IMG/VR virus record: IMGVR_UViG_3300046747_000386
Coordinates: 1 to 37,678 of that record
DNA from: a virus
Length of the DNA: 37,678 nucleotides
Strand: one strand, 5' to 3'
Part shown: piece by piece, positions 9,030 through 17,871 of the stretch
How positions within the stretch are numbered: the stretch's first letter is position 1
Layout: every line of letters begins with the position of its first letter
Made by a program: the position numbers and the translations under genes
The notes under the pieces: generated by a model
Told to the model about the DNA's origin: nothing
Database searches by the model: none
Seen by the model: only the letters and a program-made list of their open reading frames with translations

Positions 9030-10301
9030 TCAGATCGCCGGTAGGGCGACGTCCATGAGCTGGTTGACGTGCCAGGCGCCGAAGTTGCCGTAGTTGCACA
9101 TCAGCCCCTTCACGACGCCGTTGTCGCGGTCGAGCCAGAACTGGTCCGACTTCGACATGCCCGCCCAGTCAGGCTGGTCGCCGCAGCTCGCACGCACAAA
9201 GGCGCCGTCTGCGACCATCTTGCTGCGCCCGTACGGGCAGAGCGCCGCCTCGATGAAGGTGATGTTGTCGACCTTGAACGCGTCGACGCCCATGTCGTAG
9301 GTCGTCGCCTTTTCGAAGTCGACGATGCGCTTGGCCTCGTACTCACTGCGGAGCGCGGCGCCGTAGAGAGGATGGATGTAGAACGTGCCCTTCTTGAAGC
9401 CCGGTCCCACCTCGGTGCGCGCCTGCGCGAGCGCGCGGATGAACACCGTCTGCAGACTGTCGGTCGTGCCGTCGTAGCGCACACCCGCCAAGCGAGACGG
9501 GTACACGCTGCGATCGACGCCGCAGAACAGCGTCGCTGTGGGGTCGGTCGAGGGGTTCCAGTCGGCAAGGCCAAAGCCCACCTTGGCCGCGCCTGCGTTC
9601 TGCGCGTCGCCCTCGCGGAAGATGAAGTCGCCTGTCGCCGCCGTGCCGAACAGGGTCGTGAAGTTCTGGCCGGTGAAGGTCAAGAGGCCCGTCTTGGTGT
9701 TGACGGCCGTGACCATGGCCTTGTTGGTGGTGCCGCCCGAGCGAATCGCGCCCGTCGCCGTGGTGGCGAGCACGACCCACATATTGACCTCGAACAGCAC
9801 GGCGTCGGTGATGGTCTGGAGCAGGATGGTCGTGTTCGCGCCGATGGTGACCGTGCCGATCACGCCGCGGTAGCCCGCGCCCGTGCCGAAGATCTGCTTT
9901 TCCATTTCGACGCCGATGGTTTCCTCGACGCCGTCCGTCTCGTACTTCATCTGGTCGACGAACGCGGCTGCCGAGACGCCGCTGGTCGTCGCCTCCATCG
10001 CGTTCTTGACCAGCTGATGGTCGAGCCGCATCTGCGCGAAGTACGTCGTCTGCGGCACGGTGAAGCTCGAGCCCTTGCTCGGGCTCGCGTTCGCCGCGGC
10101 GGTGGCGATCGCAGCAGACGCGCCCTGGGGAGTCGCGTATGGGGCGGGGATTTCGTACCCCTTGCCTGACGCGAAGTCCTTCTTGTGCGGCGTGTTGAGC
10201 ATCGCCGGCTTGTCGCGCACGAGCGCGTCGCCGGGTTTCGTGCCGTCTGCGTAGATGATTTTTTGGAGGAACGCGAAGTCTTGGTTTGTACCAGCAGCCA
10301 T
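9030..10301 (-). CDS. Major capsid protein, 423 aa
   Basis: ORF track. Size and position directly after the scaffold gene. Composition typical of capsid proteins. Family not identified by eye. Confidence 0.75.
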   Translation of the reverse strand: MAAGTNQDFAFLQKIIYADGTKPGDALVRDKPAMLNTPHKKDFASGKGYEIPAPYATPQGASAAIATAAANASPSKGSSFTVPQTTYFAQMRLDHQLVKNAMEATTSGVSAAAFVDQMKYETDGVEETIGVEMEKQIFGTGAGYRGVIGTVTIGANTTILLQTITDAVLFEVNMWVVLATTATGAIRSGGTTNKAMVTAVNTKTGLLTFTGQNFTTLFGTAATGDFIFREGDAQNAGAAKVGFGLADWNPSTDPTATLFCGVDRSVYPSRLAGVRYDGTTDSLQTVFIRALAQARTEVGPGFKKGTFYIHPLYGAALRSEYEAKRIVDFEKATTYDMGVDAFKVDNITFIEAALCPYGRSKMVADGAFVRASCGDQPDWAGMSKSDQFWLDRDNGVVKGLMCNYGNFGAWHVNQLMDVALPAI

Positions 10302-10324
10302 GGTGGCCTCGGAAAGTGACTAGG

Positions 10325-11296
10325 TCACCCCGATTGCCAGGCCTTCCGTGCTTCCTCGAAGGCAGCGAGCCTCAAGAGGCGTGCTTCCTCGTCGGTCAGT
10401 TTCTTGGAGGACTGCGCAGGGGGCGGGGACGTCTCGGCATCATTGCCGAGCGGATTTCCCTGTGCGTCACTCTTCGGGTTTCCCGCTCCCACCTTGTGCC
10501 CCAGAAGGGCTTTCAGCTCCGGCTTCAGCCGGACCAGAAATGAGCGAGTTCGGTCAGACTGTAGCGCCTCGACAATCGTACTCGCAAGCGTGCCGTGCAA
10601 TTCGCTCGCCACCTCCCCAAGGTCCGGCCGCCGCGGGTCCCCTGGCGGAGGCCGCCCCGCCGACTCCCAGCGGTCGCGCCAGACGTCGTAGACCTGCTCC
10701 TGGAGCTTCGCGTTGTCGACGCCCGCGAACATCGGCAGCTCGTCCGCCGCCTTGTTGATGTAGTCCGCGACGATGCCCACATCGCGGCTGCGCACCTCGC
10801 CGCTCCTGGCTGCGTGGTCGCGCTCGTCCGCCTCCTTGAGCCGCGCCTCGAGCCGCTCCAAGCGCTCGCGCACCGCGGGCGACAGCTCCATCGCGTCGTC
10901 CTCGAGCAGCTCGCGCACCTTCGACGGGTCCTGAGACAGCGACTTCGTGAGCTCGACGTACTCCTTGCGCGTCATGCGCTTCTGCTTCGCCTTCTCGAGC
11001 TCGGCGCGCAGGAGCCCGAGCTCTTTGTCCTTCGGCTCGAGCTGCGACTTGAGCCGCACCGCCTCCTCGCGGGCCAAGCGCGCCTCGCGGGTGAGCTTCG
11101 ACAGGCGTAGCTCGTAGTTCTTGTCGCTCTCGTTCCGCTTCTGCTCCGGAACGTCCCCGCCAGCGGCTTCCAGCTGCGCCTTGACGCCGTCGACGTCCGA
11201 AGAAGGGGGGTTGATGGCTCCGCCGGCTGCGCCAGGCGCCTCCGTGGCCGCTGGCGGGTTCGTAGCTTGTGGGGCGGCTGGTGCGGGCTCTGCCAT
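10325..11296 (-). CDS. Scaffolding protein, 323 aa
   Basis: ORF track. Ala/Pro-rich N-terminus, then a highly charged helical sequence (LRAELEKAKQKRMTRKEYVELTK, RERLERLEARLKEADERD). Lies between portal and capsid genes; AAGGAGG SD 9 nt upstream. Confidence 0.7.
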   Translation of the reverse strand: MAEPAPAAPQATNPPAATEAPGAAGGAINPPSSDVDGVKAQLEAAGGDVPEQKRNESDKNYELRLSKLTREARLAREEAVRLKSQLEPKDKELGLLRAELEKAKQKRMTRKEYVELTKSLSQDPSKVRELLEDDAMELSPAVRERLERLEARLKEADERDHAARSGEVRSRDVGIVADYINKAADELPMFAGVDNAKLQEQVYDVWRDRWESAGRPPPGDPRRPDLGEVASELHGTLASTIVEALQSDRTRSFLVRLKPELKALLGHKVGAGNPKSDAQGNPLGNDAETSPPPAQSSKKLTDEEARLLRLAAFEEARKAWQSG

Positions 11297-11305
11297 GGGC
11301 CTCCT

Positions 11306-13210
11306 TTAGGCCGCCTGCCCCATCGGAGCAGGCATCATCTGCGGGGGAGGCGCGCCCGCCTGCGCCAGTTGCGCCGCCGCGAGCGCCTCATCGCCAAGCG
11401 CTGCCGGCGCGGGCGCAGCTTGTGGGGGTGGCTGCTGGGCCTCGAGCGCCTTGTTCTGCAGGTCCTGCACGTACCCGAGGTAGGCGTCGAAGCGGCCTAT
11501 CACGTCGTCGGGCGCTCCGAGCCGCCAGCTGACGAGCCGCGCGTTCGTCACGGTGTACGCGGCAAGCTCGAGGTCCTGCTCGGGGATGGGAAGCAGCATG
11601 TCCTCGCGCGCACCCTCGAGGTCGATGATGTTGTCGATCTGCTCGTGGATGAGGTCGTAGTTCGCGTTCTCGAGCGCCTCGAACGCCTCGGTGTCGGGAA
11701 ACTCCATCAGGTCCATCGCCTGAGGCTTGCTAACGAACCCGCGTGCAATCCAGTTGTCGACCCGCTCCCACTTGCTCGCCGCCGTCGTCGCCTGCGCGGA
11801 GATCGGGAACATCTGCACGCTGGCGTCGCTCTCGTCGAGCTGCAGATCCTTCCACTTCGACGTCTTGATCCACGTCCGCCGTCCTGAACGTGCGCGCGCC
11901 TTCACCTCGTACTCCGAGTCGAGCTCACAGCACGCGTCGTTCAGGTCCTCGAGCAGGCGCGTGATGTCGAGGTACGTGCGCTCGAGCAAGCGCGCCGCGT
12001 TGAGAAAGCGGCGCACCTTCACGTCGTCCGCGCGCTGCACCGCTTCGCCCGACGCGAGGCCCTTGTTGACGTCGCCCGTGACGGTGTTGTCGCCAAAGCC
12101 CTGCGCGTCGTACGCGTCCTGCTTGATCTCGCGGCGCTGCTCGGCAAGGTCAGGCGGCGTCGCGCTCGACGTCACGAGCACAGGCGGCGAGCTGCCCTCG
12201 CGTACCTCGTGATGCTGGCACGCCGCGTTCGTGAGCATGTCGCCGTCGACGCCGCTGTTCGAGAACGTGAACCACTTCGCGACTGAGCCGAGGCGCTGGC
12301 TTGCCGCGATGTAGTCGTCAATCTCGGTCAGGCGTAGCTGCGACTGCAGCATGCGCTCGGTGAGCGACTGGCCGCCGAAGCCCTGGTCGCGCTCGGCAAA
12401 GAGCACGCGCACGATGCGGTGGCGGCGCCTCGTGTACTTCTTGTCGAGCAGCGTGCAGTTCGAGATGGTCTTGACGTGTGCGCCGTCCGAGCCGCCGTCG
12501 ACCGTGGGCAAGGTCCACGCCTCGACCACGCGTACGCGGTTGGCTTGGTTGGGCCGCTGCAGAAAAAAGTCGGCGTAGTCCTGCGTGGTCGGGCCTGCTG
12601 CCGCGAGGATCTTGTCCTCGTCCTTCTTGTGCTGCGCAATCAGCTCGTCGCGGTCCACGAAGTAGACGCGTGCGAGCCTCAGCGGCGTGCCGTAGCGCCC
12701 GTCCTCGGGGTCCCACACGACCTCGTTGTGGAGGCACCGCCCCATGCGCGGCAGGCCATCGGGCCCGACCTCGCCGTAGACCCAGCCCGTACCGCCCTCG
12801 CATGCCCCTGCGAAGGCCTTGGGCACGTGGTCGAACACCTTCAGGTCATAGAACTGCGACTGCAGCACTCTCGAGCGCTGCTCAGCCTTGCGCGACGTCT
12901 GCCACTCCGCGGCGGTCGTGAGGTACTGCGGCGCCGTGCGGGCGAGCGCGATCATGCTCACGGCGGTGTCGCGGCCGGCTTGCAGGATGTTGTCGCGAAT
13001 CTTGAACGGGAAGGCCGAGCGGATGGCGTAGTCCATCTCGTCGTTCCCACTCGGATTGAAGTTGTTCACCGCCGACACGAAGATGCGCGTGTCCATGCGT
13101 TGCACTGACAATTGGCGCTGGCAGTAGCTCACCCAGCGCCAGAGGACGTCGTGCCGCTCGTTCTTCTTCGCACGCCACCAGGCGATGCTGTCTTGCTGGT
13201 GAGTCGTCAT
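11306..13210 (-). CDS. Portal protein, 634 aa
   Basis: ORF track. Size and position between the terminase and scaffold genes. ATGA-coupled to the upstream gene. Confidence 0.75.
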   Translation of the reverse strand: MTTHQQDSIAWWRAKKNERHDVLWRWVSYCQRQLSVQRMDTRIFVSAVNNFNPSGNDEMDYAIRSAFPFKIRDNILQAGRDTAVSMIALARTAPQYLTTAAEWQTSRKAEQRSRVLQSQFYDLKVFDHVPKAFAGACEGGTGWVYGEVGPDGLPRMGRCLHNEVVWDPEDGRYGTPLRLARVYFVDRDELIAQHKKDEDKILAAAGPTTQDYADFFLQRPNQANRVRVVEAWTLPTVDGGSDGAHVKTISNCTLLDKKYTRRRHRIVRVLFAERDQGFGGQSLTERMLQSQLRLTEIDDYIAASQRLGSVAKWFTFSNSGVDGDMLTNAACQHHEVREGSSPPVLVTSSATPPDLAEQRREIKQDAYDAQGFGDNTVTGDVNKGLASGEAVQRADDVKVRRFLNAARLLERTYLDITRLLEDLNDACCELDSEYEVKARARSGRRTWIKTSKWKDLQLDESDASVQMFPISAQATTAASKWERVDNWIARGFVSKPQAMDLMEFPDTEAFEALENANYDLIHEQIDNIIDLEGAREDMLLPIPEQDLELAAYTVTNARLVSWRLGAPDDVIGRFDAYLGYVQDLQNKALEAQQPPPQAAPAPAALGDEALAAAQLAQAGAPPPQMMPAPMGQAA

Positions 13211-13404
13211 GACCAGGTCTCCGGTAAGCGGATGGAGAGCAGGTAGTTCCGGTCAGGCCGATACTCGAAGAAGTGAATCTCGTCCTCGGGCTTGAAACCA
13301 CAGGCCCACCAGGGCGCGCGAGGCACGCAGAACTGCTCGTCCTTCGGCGGCAGCTCAGGCAGCGCGAAGCGCCCGTCGTTCCACCAGCGGCGATCGCACT
13401 TCAT
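13207..13404 (-). CDS. Hypothetical protein, 65 aa, Trp-rich
   Basis: ORF track; ATGA overlaps at both ends. Confidence 0.6.
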   Translation of the reverse strand: MKCDRRWWNDGRFALPELPPKDEQFCVPRAPWWACGFKPEDEIHFFEYRPDRNYLLSIRLPETWS

Positions 13405-13628
13405 CTGCCCACTCCCGCGAGCCTGACCGCCCGCTGACGCAGCTCCTCGGCCTCGGGCGAGAGCTTGCGCGGGTCCTCGCTGCGCGGCTCAGCCTTCGGC
13501 AGCTCGACCACGGGCGCCGTGAAGTGCACCTCGCAGCCGAACGCCTTCACGCTGACTGCGCCGAGGTCGCGCAGGCGCTTGCACGTCTCGACGAGCAGGT
13601 CGGCAGTCTGCGGAGCGGGCACAGCCAT
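13401..13628 (-). CDS. Hypothetical protein, 75 aa (MAVPAPQTADLLVETCKRLRDLGAV...)
   Basis: C-terminal part of track ORF 13401..13976, trimmed to the ATG at 13628. The upstream part of that ORF overlaps terL out of frame. Confidence 0.5.
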   Translation of the reverse strand: MAVPAPQTADLLVETCKRLRDLGAVSVKAFGCEVHFTAPVVELPKAEPRSEDPRKLSPEAEELRQRAVRLAGVGR

Positions 13629-13696
13629 CAGCAGCTCCCCTTGCCGCGCTTGCCCTTCTTGGGCTTGCGAATCCACTTCGGGTATTGCTTGGCCAT
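13628..13696 (-). CDS. Candidate 22-aa highly basic micro-protein MAKQYPKWIRKPKKGKRGKGSC
   Basis: Hand translation. The ATG shares 1 nt with the terL stop, and its TGA shares 1 nt with the next ATG. Below the ORF-track size cutoff. Confidence 0.35.
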   Translation of the reverse strand: MAKQYPKWIRKPKKGKRGKGSC

Positions 13697-15132
13697 CAGC
13701 CCCACCGTCCCTTCGTGCGCTCCTGCTGCGACATGCGCGCTTTGGCATCGAGTTGGCGACGGACCTCGGCTTCAAGCTTCTCTGCCTCAGCCAAAATACT
13801 GGGCGGCTCCTTGGCTGTCCATGTAATCGTTTCAGTGAGGGCGTATCGCGCCGCGTCGTGCATGTGGTTGGCGTACCCAGGATGGGGCTCCTGCCTGAAC
13901 TCGTCCTTCCACGGCAACGTCTGCCACTCGGCCGCAAGCCCCTGCGCGTCTGGCAAGAGCACCTTGAGCCGCTCACAGCGCAGCTCCGTGTTCAGCCAGC
14001 GCACGCTCTCTACGACGCTGCCCGCGACCTTCTGGGCGCCGCGTACGTTCACGCCAAGCTCAGCCGCGTACCGGCGGCTGAACGTCTCGTAGAACTGCTT
14101 TCCGCCGCCGCCAGGGTCGCACACCACGCTCGACACGCGGTAGCGCCTGACCAGGCGCGTGAGCATCGCCGCCATGTCGTCGTTCGTGAGGCGCGAGGCG
14201 TGCTCGGCCGCGAGGATGTAGCGCCGCTCGGGCTGATGCGGGCTCATGGTCAGCACCACCACCGCGAAGTCGTCCTCGTAGCCCACGTCCACGCCCGCGA
14301 CGTGCGGCCAGTCGAGGCTGTAGCCCTTGGGCAGCTCACGCACGGCGTCGCGGCTGTGCTTGTACTCGACCACCATGCGGTCAGGGTCGTCGACGAACTT
14401 GCCGAGGTACTCACGCTGGAAGGTCGGGTGCTCCCAGGTCCAGTTGTTACGCTCGAGCACGCTCGAGAGCCACGCCTCGCCGCCTCCGTGGGCTGGGCGG
14501 AAGTGTGGGTTTTGGCGCACGTCCCAGTGGTGGTGCGACCACTTCGCGCACTCGTCGCCCTCCGCGATGTCAAACCAGGGCCCGGCGCGCGTCACGCTCG
14601 GCGTGCCGTAGAGCGTCGCCTGGCCGCCTAGGTCGCCCAGGGCCGGCTCGAGCACGCTCTCGATGAGGCGCGGCAAGTGCGTGGCGACAGTGGCGCTCTC
14701 GTCGAGCCTGAACGCACGAATCTTGAAGCCGCGGATCTCCTCGACCTTGGCCGAGTCGTTCAGGCCGAGGAACACGATCGAGCCGCCCTGGGGGTTGGTC
14801 CACGTTAGCGCCTGGCCGTTCGGCGTGAAAGGCAGCTGATGGCGGCGCACCACGGCATGCAAGTTCGCCCAGTGCAGCGCGTGCGCTTTCTTCAGCGTCT
14901 CGGCGGCGATGATGACGACCTCGTTCAAGCCGGCGTCGAGCGCGTCCATGGCCGACGACTTCGGCATGCCGTCCGACTTCCCGCCTCGACGGGCCGCGTG
15001 ACACTCCTTGAACTGCGCCGGGTCGTCGTAGAGCGCGAGCTGCTCGGGGAACATGCTCGCGCGGATGCGGGCCTTGAGCCGCCACTGCGGGCCGAGCACA
15101 TAGTCCGCGTACGCGACGAGCGGGTCGGTCAT
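13696..15132 (-). CDS. terL: Terminase large subunit, 478 aa
   Basis: ORF track. Walker A-like HAARRGGKSDG, Walker B-like IRAFRLDES, and a C-terminal nuclease-type segment AGVDVGYEDDFAVVVL. Directly follows terS. Confidence 0.85.
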   Translation of the reverse strand: MTDPLVAYADYVLGPQWRLKARIRASMFPEQLALYDDPAQFKECHAARRGGKSDGMPKSSAMDALDAGLNEVVIIAAETLKKAHALHWANLHAVVRRHQLPFTPNGQALTWTNPQGGSIVFLGLNDSAKVEEIRGFKIRAFRLDESATVATHLPRLIESVLEPALGDLGGQATLYGTPSVTRAGPWFDIAEGDECAKWSHHHWDVRQNPHFRPAHGGGEAWLSSVLERNNWTWEHPTFQREYLGKFVDDPDRMVVEYKHSRDAVRELPKGYSLDWPHVAGVDVGYEDDFAVVVLTMSPHQPERRYILAAEHASRLTNDDMAAMLTRLVRRYRVSSVVCDPGGGGKQFYETFSRRYAAELGVNVRGAQKVAGSVVESVRWLNTELRCERLKVLLPDAQGLAAEWQTLPWKDEFRQEPHPGYANHMHDAARYALTETITWTAKEPPSILAEAEKLEAEVRRQLDAKARMSQQERTKGRWG

Positions 15133-15597
15133 CTACCCGCTCCCCAGCTTCTTGAGCTGCGCCGCCAGTGCCGGGTCCTTCTTCGCATGCGCCTCGAGCG
15201 CCTCGAGTGCTTGCTCGTTCGTCGCAGGCACGCTCTGCAGCTGGATGGGCGTGCCGTCAGGGCCCGTGTGCTCGAGCCTCTTCGGCGCCTCCCAGCTCTG
15301 CATCTTCGACACCTGCGCAATCGCAGCGATGACACTGCGCGAGTCGTCGTCAGTGCGGATGATGCGAGACGCGACCAGAAGCGCCTCATCGCGCTCAATG
15401 ATGTTCGCGCTCGTCGTCTTCACTTGAGCCGCTTTGATGGCGGCGGCTACCGCACCCTGTTTTACCAACACTGCCCCGAGCTTGTTCGGCTGCGCATATC
15501 CAGCCTCTTTTGCAGCACGCGTCGCGTTGCCGTGCACGAGGTAGCGCTGCACGAAGCGGCGCTGTCTCTCGGTCAGCGGTGTGCGCGTGCGGGGCAT
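15133..15597 (-). CDS. terS: Terminase small subunit (Terminase_2-like), 154 aa
   Basis: ORF track. N-terminal LTERQRRFVQRYLVHGNATRAAKEAGYA matches the conserved HTH signature of this family. Confidence 0.8.
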   Translation of the reverse strand: MPRTRTPLTERQRRFVQRYLVHGNATRAAKEAGYAQPNKLGAVLVKQGAVAAAIKAAQVKTTSANIIERDEALLVASRIIRTDDDSRSVIAAIAQVSKMQSWEAPKRLEHTGPDGTPIQLQSVPATNEQALEALEAHAKKDPALAAQLKKLGSG

Positions 15598-15845
15598 CAG
15601 GGCTTGTGCTCGATGAACTGCGGCTCGCCTGTCGCGACGCAGCGGAACATCGCCCTCATGCGCTTGGCCGTGAGCCGGTCCCTGCGACTGCGCGGCCGCA
15701 TGCGCCCGACGTACATCATGAGCGCGACCACTGCGCGCGGCAGCTCGGGCAGCGCCAGGAAGAGCGTGTTCGCCTCGGCCTGGCTCGTCGCGTTGCCGAG
15801 CGCCTGCAATCGCTTGATGAGCCGCTTTCGGTACAGCTTACGCAC
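15597..15845 (-). CDS. Hypothetical basic protein, about 82 aa
   Basis: Track ORF 15597..15941 trimmed to the GTG at 15845 (alternative start 15878). The stop shares 1 nt with the terS ATG. Confidence 0.45.
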   Translation of the reverse strand: MRKLYRKRLIKRLQALGNATSQAEANTLFLALPELPRAVVALMMYVGRMRPRSRRDRLTAKRMRAMFRCVATGEPQFIEHKP

Positions 15846-16125
15846 TGGTCGGCTCCTCCTCGTCGGGCGGCGGCGCATCTCCCGCAATGCTGCGCGCCGC
15901 GGCAGCGAGCCACGTCGCCAGCTCGAGCGCCTGCTGCGCACTCAGCGCCCAGCCTGCGTAGCCGTCAGGAGGCGCGCGCAAGAGGAGGTAAGTCGGCAGC
16001 TCGCCCGGCTTCTGCTCGGGGCCTGGGCAGACCGTGACGAGCTGCTCTGTGTGGTCGGGCAGCATCACGCGCGCCTTGGGCGCACGCTTGTCGCGAGCCT
16101 TGTGGATGTCGGTGACCTTGGGCAT
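15838..16125 (-). CDS. Hypothetical protein, 95 aa (MPKVTDIHKARDKRAPKARV...)
   Basis: Track ORF 15838..16413 trimmed to the ATG at 16125, which shares 1 nt with the upstream stop. Confidence 0.55.
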   Translation of the reverse strand: MPKVTDIHKARDKRAPKARVMLPDHTEQLVTVCPGPEQKPGELPTYLLLRAPPDGYAGWALSAQQALELATWLAAAARSIAGDAPPPDEEEPTSA

Positions 16126-16577
16126 CACTTGCTCCCCTTCGCAATCGAGCGATCGAAGTACAGCTCGCACAGGCTCGCGCGCCGACGACACTCCTCGTAG
16201 TCGCGGCACATCTTCTGCTCCATGAACTGCTGCGCGAGCGTGAAGCGAACCTCTGCCTCGAGCGCCTTGAGCGTGGGCGCCTTGGCCCAGACCTGGCCCG
16301 CGCCGATCTCCGTCACGCTCGTGGCTTTGTAGCCCGCGATGACCTTCGCGCGGATGCGCTTGGTGAACGCCTCGACGATGAACGTGAAGCTCTCGCGCGT
16401 CTCGTACTTCCACTGCGCATCTTGCTCGCGCATGCGCTTCTCACCTGCTTCAGCGCGCTCGAGGATGCTCTTGGCGCAGCGCTCGATGACCTTGTTCATG
16501 TCGACGCCGACCACGCCGTGGCCGGGCGTTGCGCGCAGCGGACGACGGTACTCGGGCTTGATGTCGCGCGGAGCCAT
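16125..16577 (-). CDS. Hypothetical protein, 150 aa
   Basis: Track ORF 16125..16670 trimmed to the ATG at 16577, which overlaps the upstream stop. Confidence 0.6.
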   Translation of the reverse strand: MAPRDIKPEYRRPLRATPGHGVVGVDMNKVIERCAKSILERAEAGEKRMREQDAQWKYETRESFTFIVEAFTKRIRAKVIAGYKATSVTEIGAGQVWAKAPTLKALEAEVRFTLAQQFMEQKMCRDYEECRRRASLCELYFDRSIAKGSK

Positions 16578-16846
16578 CACCGCTTCCCTTTCGTCTGCGG
16601 CAGTGGCGCAGGCTTGGGAGGCTCCACCACGAGCACAGCTGCGCGCACGTTCGCGACAGGCACCTCGCACTGCTCGCCGCTCTCCTTGTGCGTCACGAGG
16701 TAGCTCGGCTCGCCGCTCTCGCGTGTGATCGTGTACTCGGGCGACTCGTACGCGTGCATGTACGGCGTGCGCATCTCGTTGTTCACGCGCCAGCCTGGTA
16801 GCCAGCGTGCGGTCTGTCGCAGGTGAATGCGGCTGTAGCTCTTCAC
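16577..16846 (-). CDS. Hypothetical protein, 89 aa
   Basis: Track ORF 16577..17068 trimmed to the GTG at 16846 (GTGA overlap with the GNAT stop). Confidence 0.5.
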   Translation of the reverse strand: MKSYSRIHLRQTARWLPGWRVNNEMRTPYMHAYESPEYTITRESGEPSYLVTHKESGEQCEVPVANVRAAVLVVEPPKPAPLPQTKGKR

Positions 16847-17307
16847 GCGCTCCTCTTTCCTTCGCTTGCCAAGTACCGCATGCCGAGCGCCGCAGCCCTC
16901 GCGTTGTGCTTGGATTTCAGTGTGTACCAGCTCGCGCCCCGTGGAAAGGCCGCCTGCAGCAGCAGCGACGCGAGCCCCATGCGGCGGAAGTCGCGCTTCA
17001 CGGAGACCCAGTGCACCGCGTCTAGCTCCTCGTTGAACATGACCCATCCGAACGCTCGGGCCGGACACTCGTCGTCGCGCGCCACGATCACGTCTGCTCC
17101 GCTCTCGAGCAGCCGGTCCGCGTCCTTGCCAAAGCTCACGAGGTACGCGTTCCGATGCGTCGACTCCGACTTCGGCCCATGCCCCAGTGCGAACACATAG
17201 CCCTCGACAAAGCTGTGGAGCACGAGCGCGCGCTCGCTCTCGAGCATCGGGCCGAACTGCACGCGGCCGAGCTCGGGGAGCGTGGCGTAGCGGAGGTCGC
17301 TACGCAT
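16843..17307 (-). CDS. GNAT-family N-acetyltransferase, 154 aa
   Basis: ORF track. Acetyl-CoA motif A region VHWVSVKRDFRRMGLASLLLQAAF (R-x-x-G-x-A). Confidence 0.7.
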   Translation of the reverse strand: MRSDLRYATLPELGRVQFGPMLESERALVLHSFVEGYVFALGHGPKSESTHRNAYLVSFGKDADRLLESGADVIVARDDECPARAFGWVMFNEELDAVHWVSVKRDFRRMGLASLLLQAAFPRGASWYTLKSKHNARAAALGMRYLASEGKRSA

Positions 17308-17386
17308 GGCACAGCCACCACAGGGCCGCGAGCTCGTCGTAGGCGAGCAGCACGAGCGACACGAGCCAGCCGAGCAGCTCCCCCAT
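17300..17386 (-). CDS. Candidate 28-aa hydrophobic peptide MGELLGWLVSLVLLAYDELAALWWLCHA
   Basis: Hand translation. The ATG shares 1 nt with the endolysin stop, and there is an 8-nt overlap with the GNAT start. Confidence 0.3.
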   Translation of the reverse strand: MGELLGWLVSLVLLAYDELAALWWLCHA

Positions 17387-17871
17387 CACGCAGCTCCTTT
17401 CCACACGCGCTCACGCAGGCGCATGGCAAACCGCGCACGCGGCCCTGCGACGCAGCGCCCGCTGCGATACCAGCCCACGCCCTCGAGCTCCCCGCCGCAG
17501 CCCTGAATGCCGCGAGCGAGCGCGCGCGCCGACCACACCACGCTCATCTGCTCGCACGTCGACGGCGAGCGCGCGCAGCCGCCCTGTAGCGCCCGCGCCC
17601 AGACGCTCCGAGGGTGCAGCGCCCCGAGGCCGTACGCGCCCGTCTCAGGGTGCACAGCGTGCGCGCGAAAGCTGCTCTCGAGGTAGAGCAGCACGGTCAG
17701 CAAAGCCGCGTCCACGCCTGCGTCACGTGCTGCCGCGTGCACGTACGCCGCGAGCTGCTCAGCGCGCTCTACGGCGCCGAGAGCGTGCTCGCGCAGGGCC
17801 TTGCTGTGCACAGGTCCATGCGCGCCCACGAAGATCGTGGAGAGAGCCAGGATGGCGGCTGTGATGCTCAT
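17386..17871 (-). CDS. Endolysin, SLT-type lytic transglycosylase with N-terminal signal or SAR-like segment, 161 aa
   Basis: ORF track. N-terminus MSITAAILALSTIFVGAHG, catalytic-type LYLESSF, and GAYGLGALHP resembling the SLT G-L-M-Q region. ATGA-coupled to the holin-like gene. Confidence 0.7.
   Translation of the reverse strand: MSITAAILALSTIFVGAHGPVHSKALREHALGAVERAEQLAAYVHAAARDAGVDAALLTVLLYLESSFRAHAVHPETGAYGLGALHPRSVWARALQGGCARSPSTCEQMSVVWSARALARGIQGCGGELEGVGWYRSGRCVAGPRARFAMRLRERVWKGAA

Noticed and set aside
16843-17307. GNAT considered as the toxin of a GNAT/RHH toxin-antitoxin pair
   Set aside because: No small RHH- or DUF1778-like antitoxin gene is upstream. The gene is embedded and translationally interlocked in the late operon.
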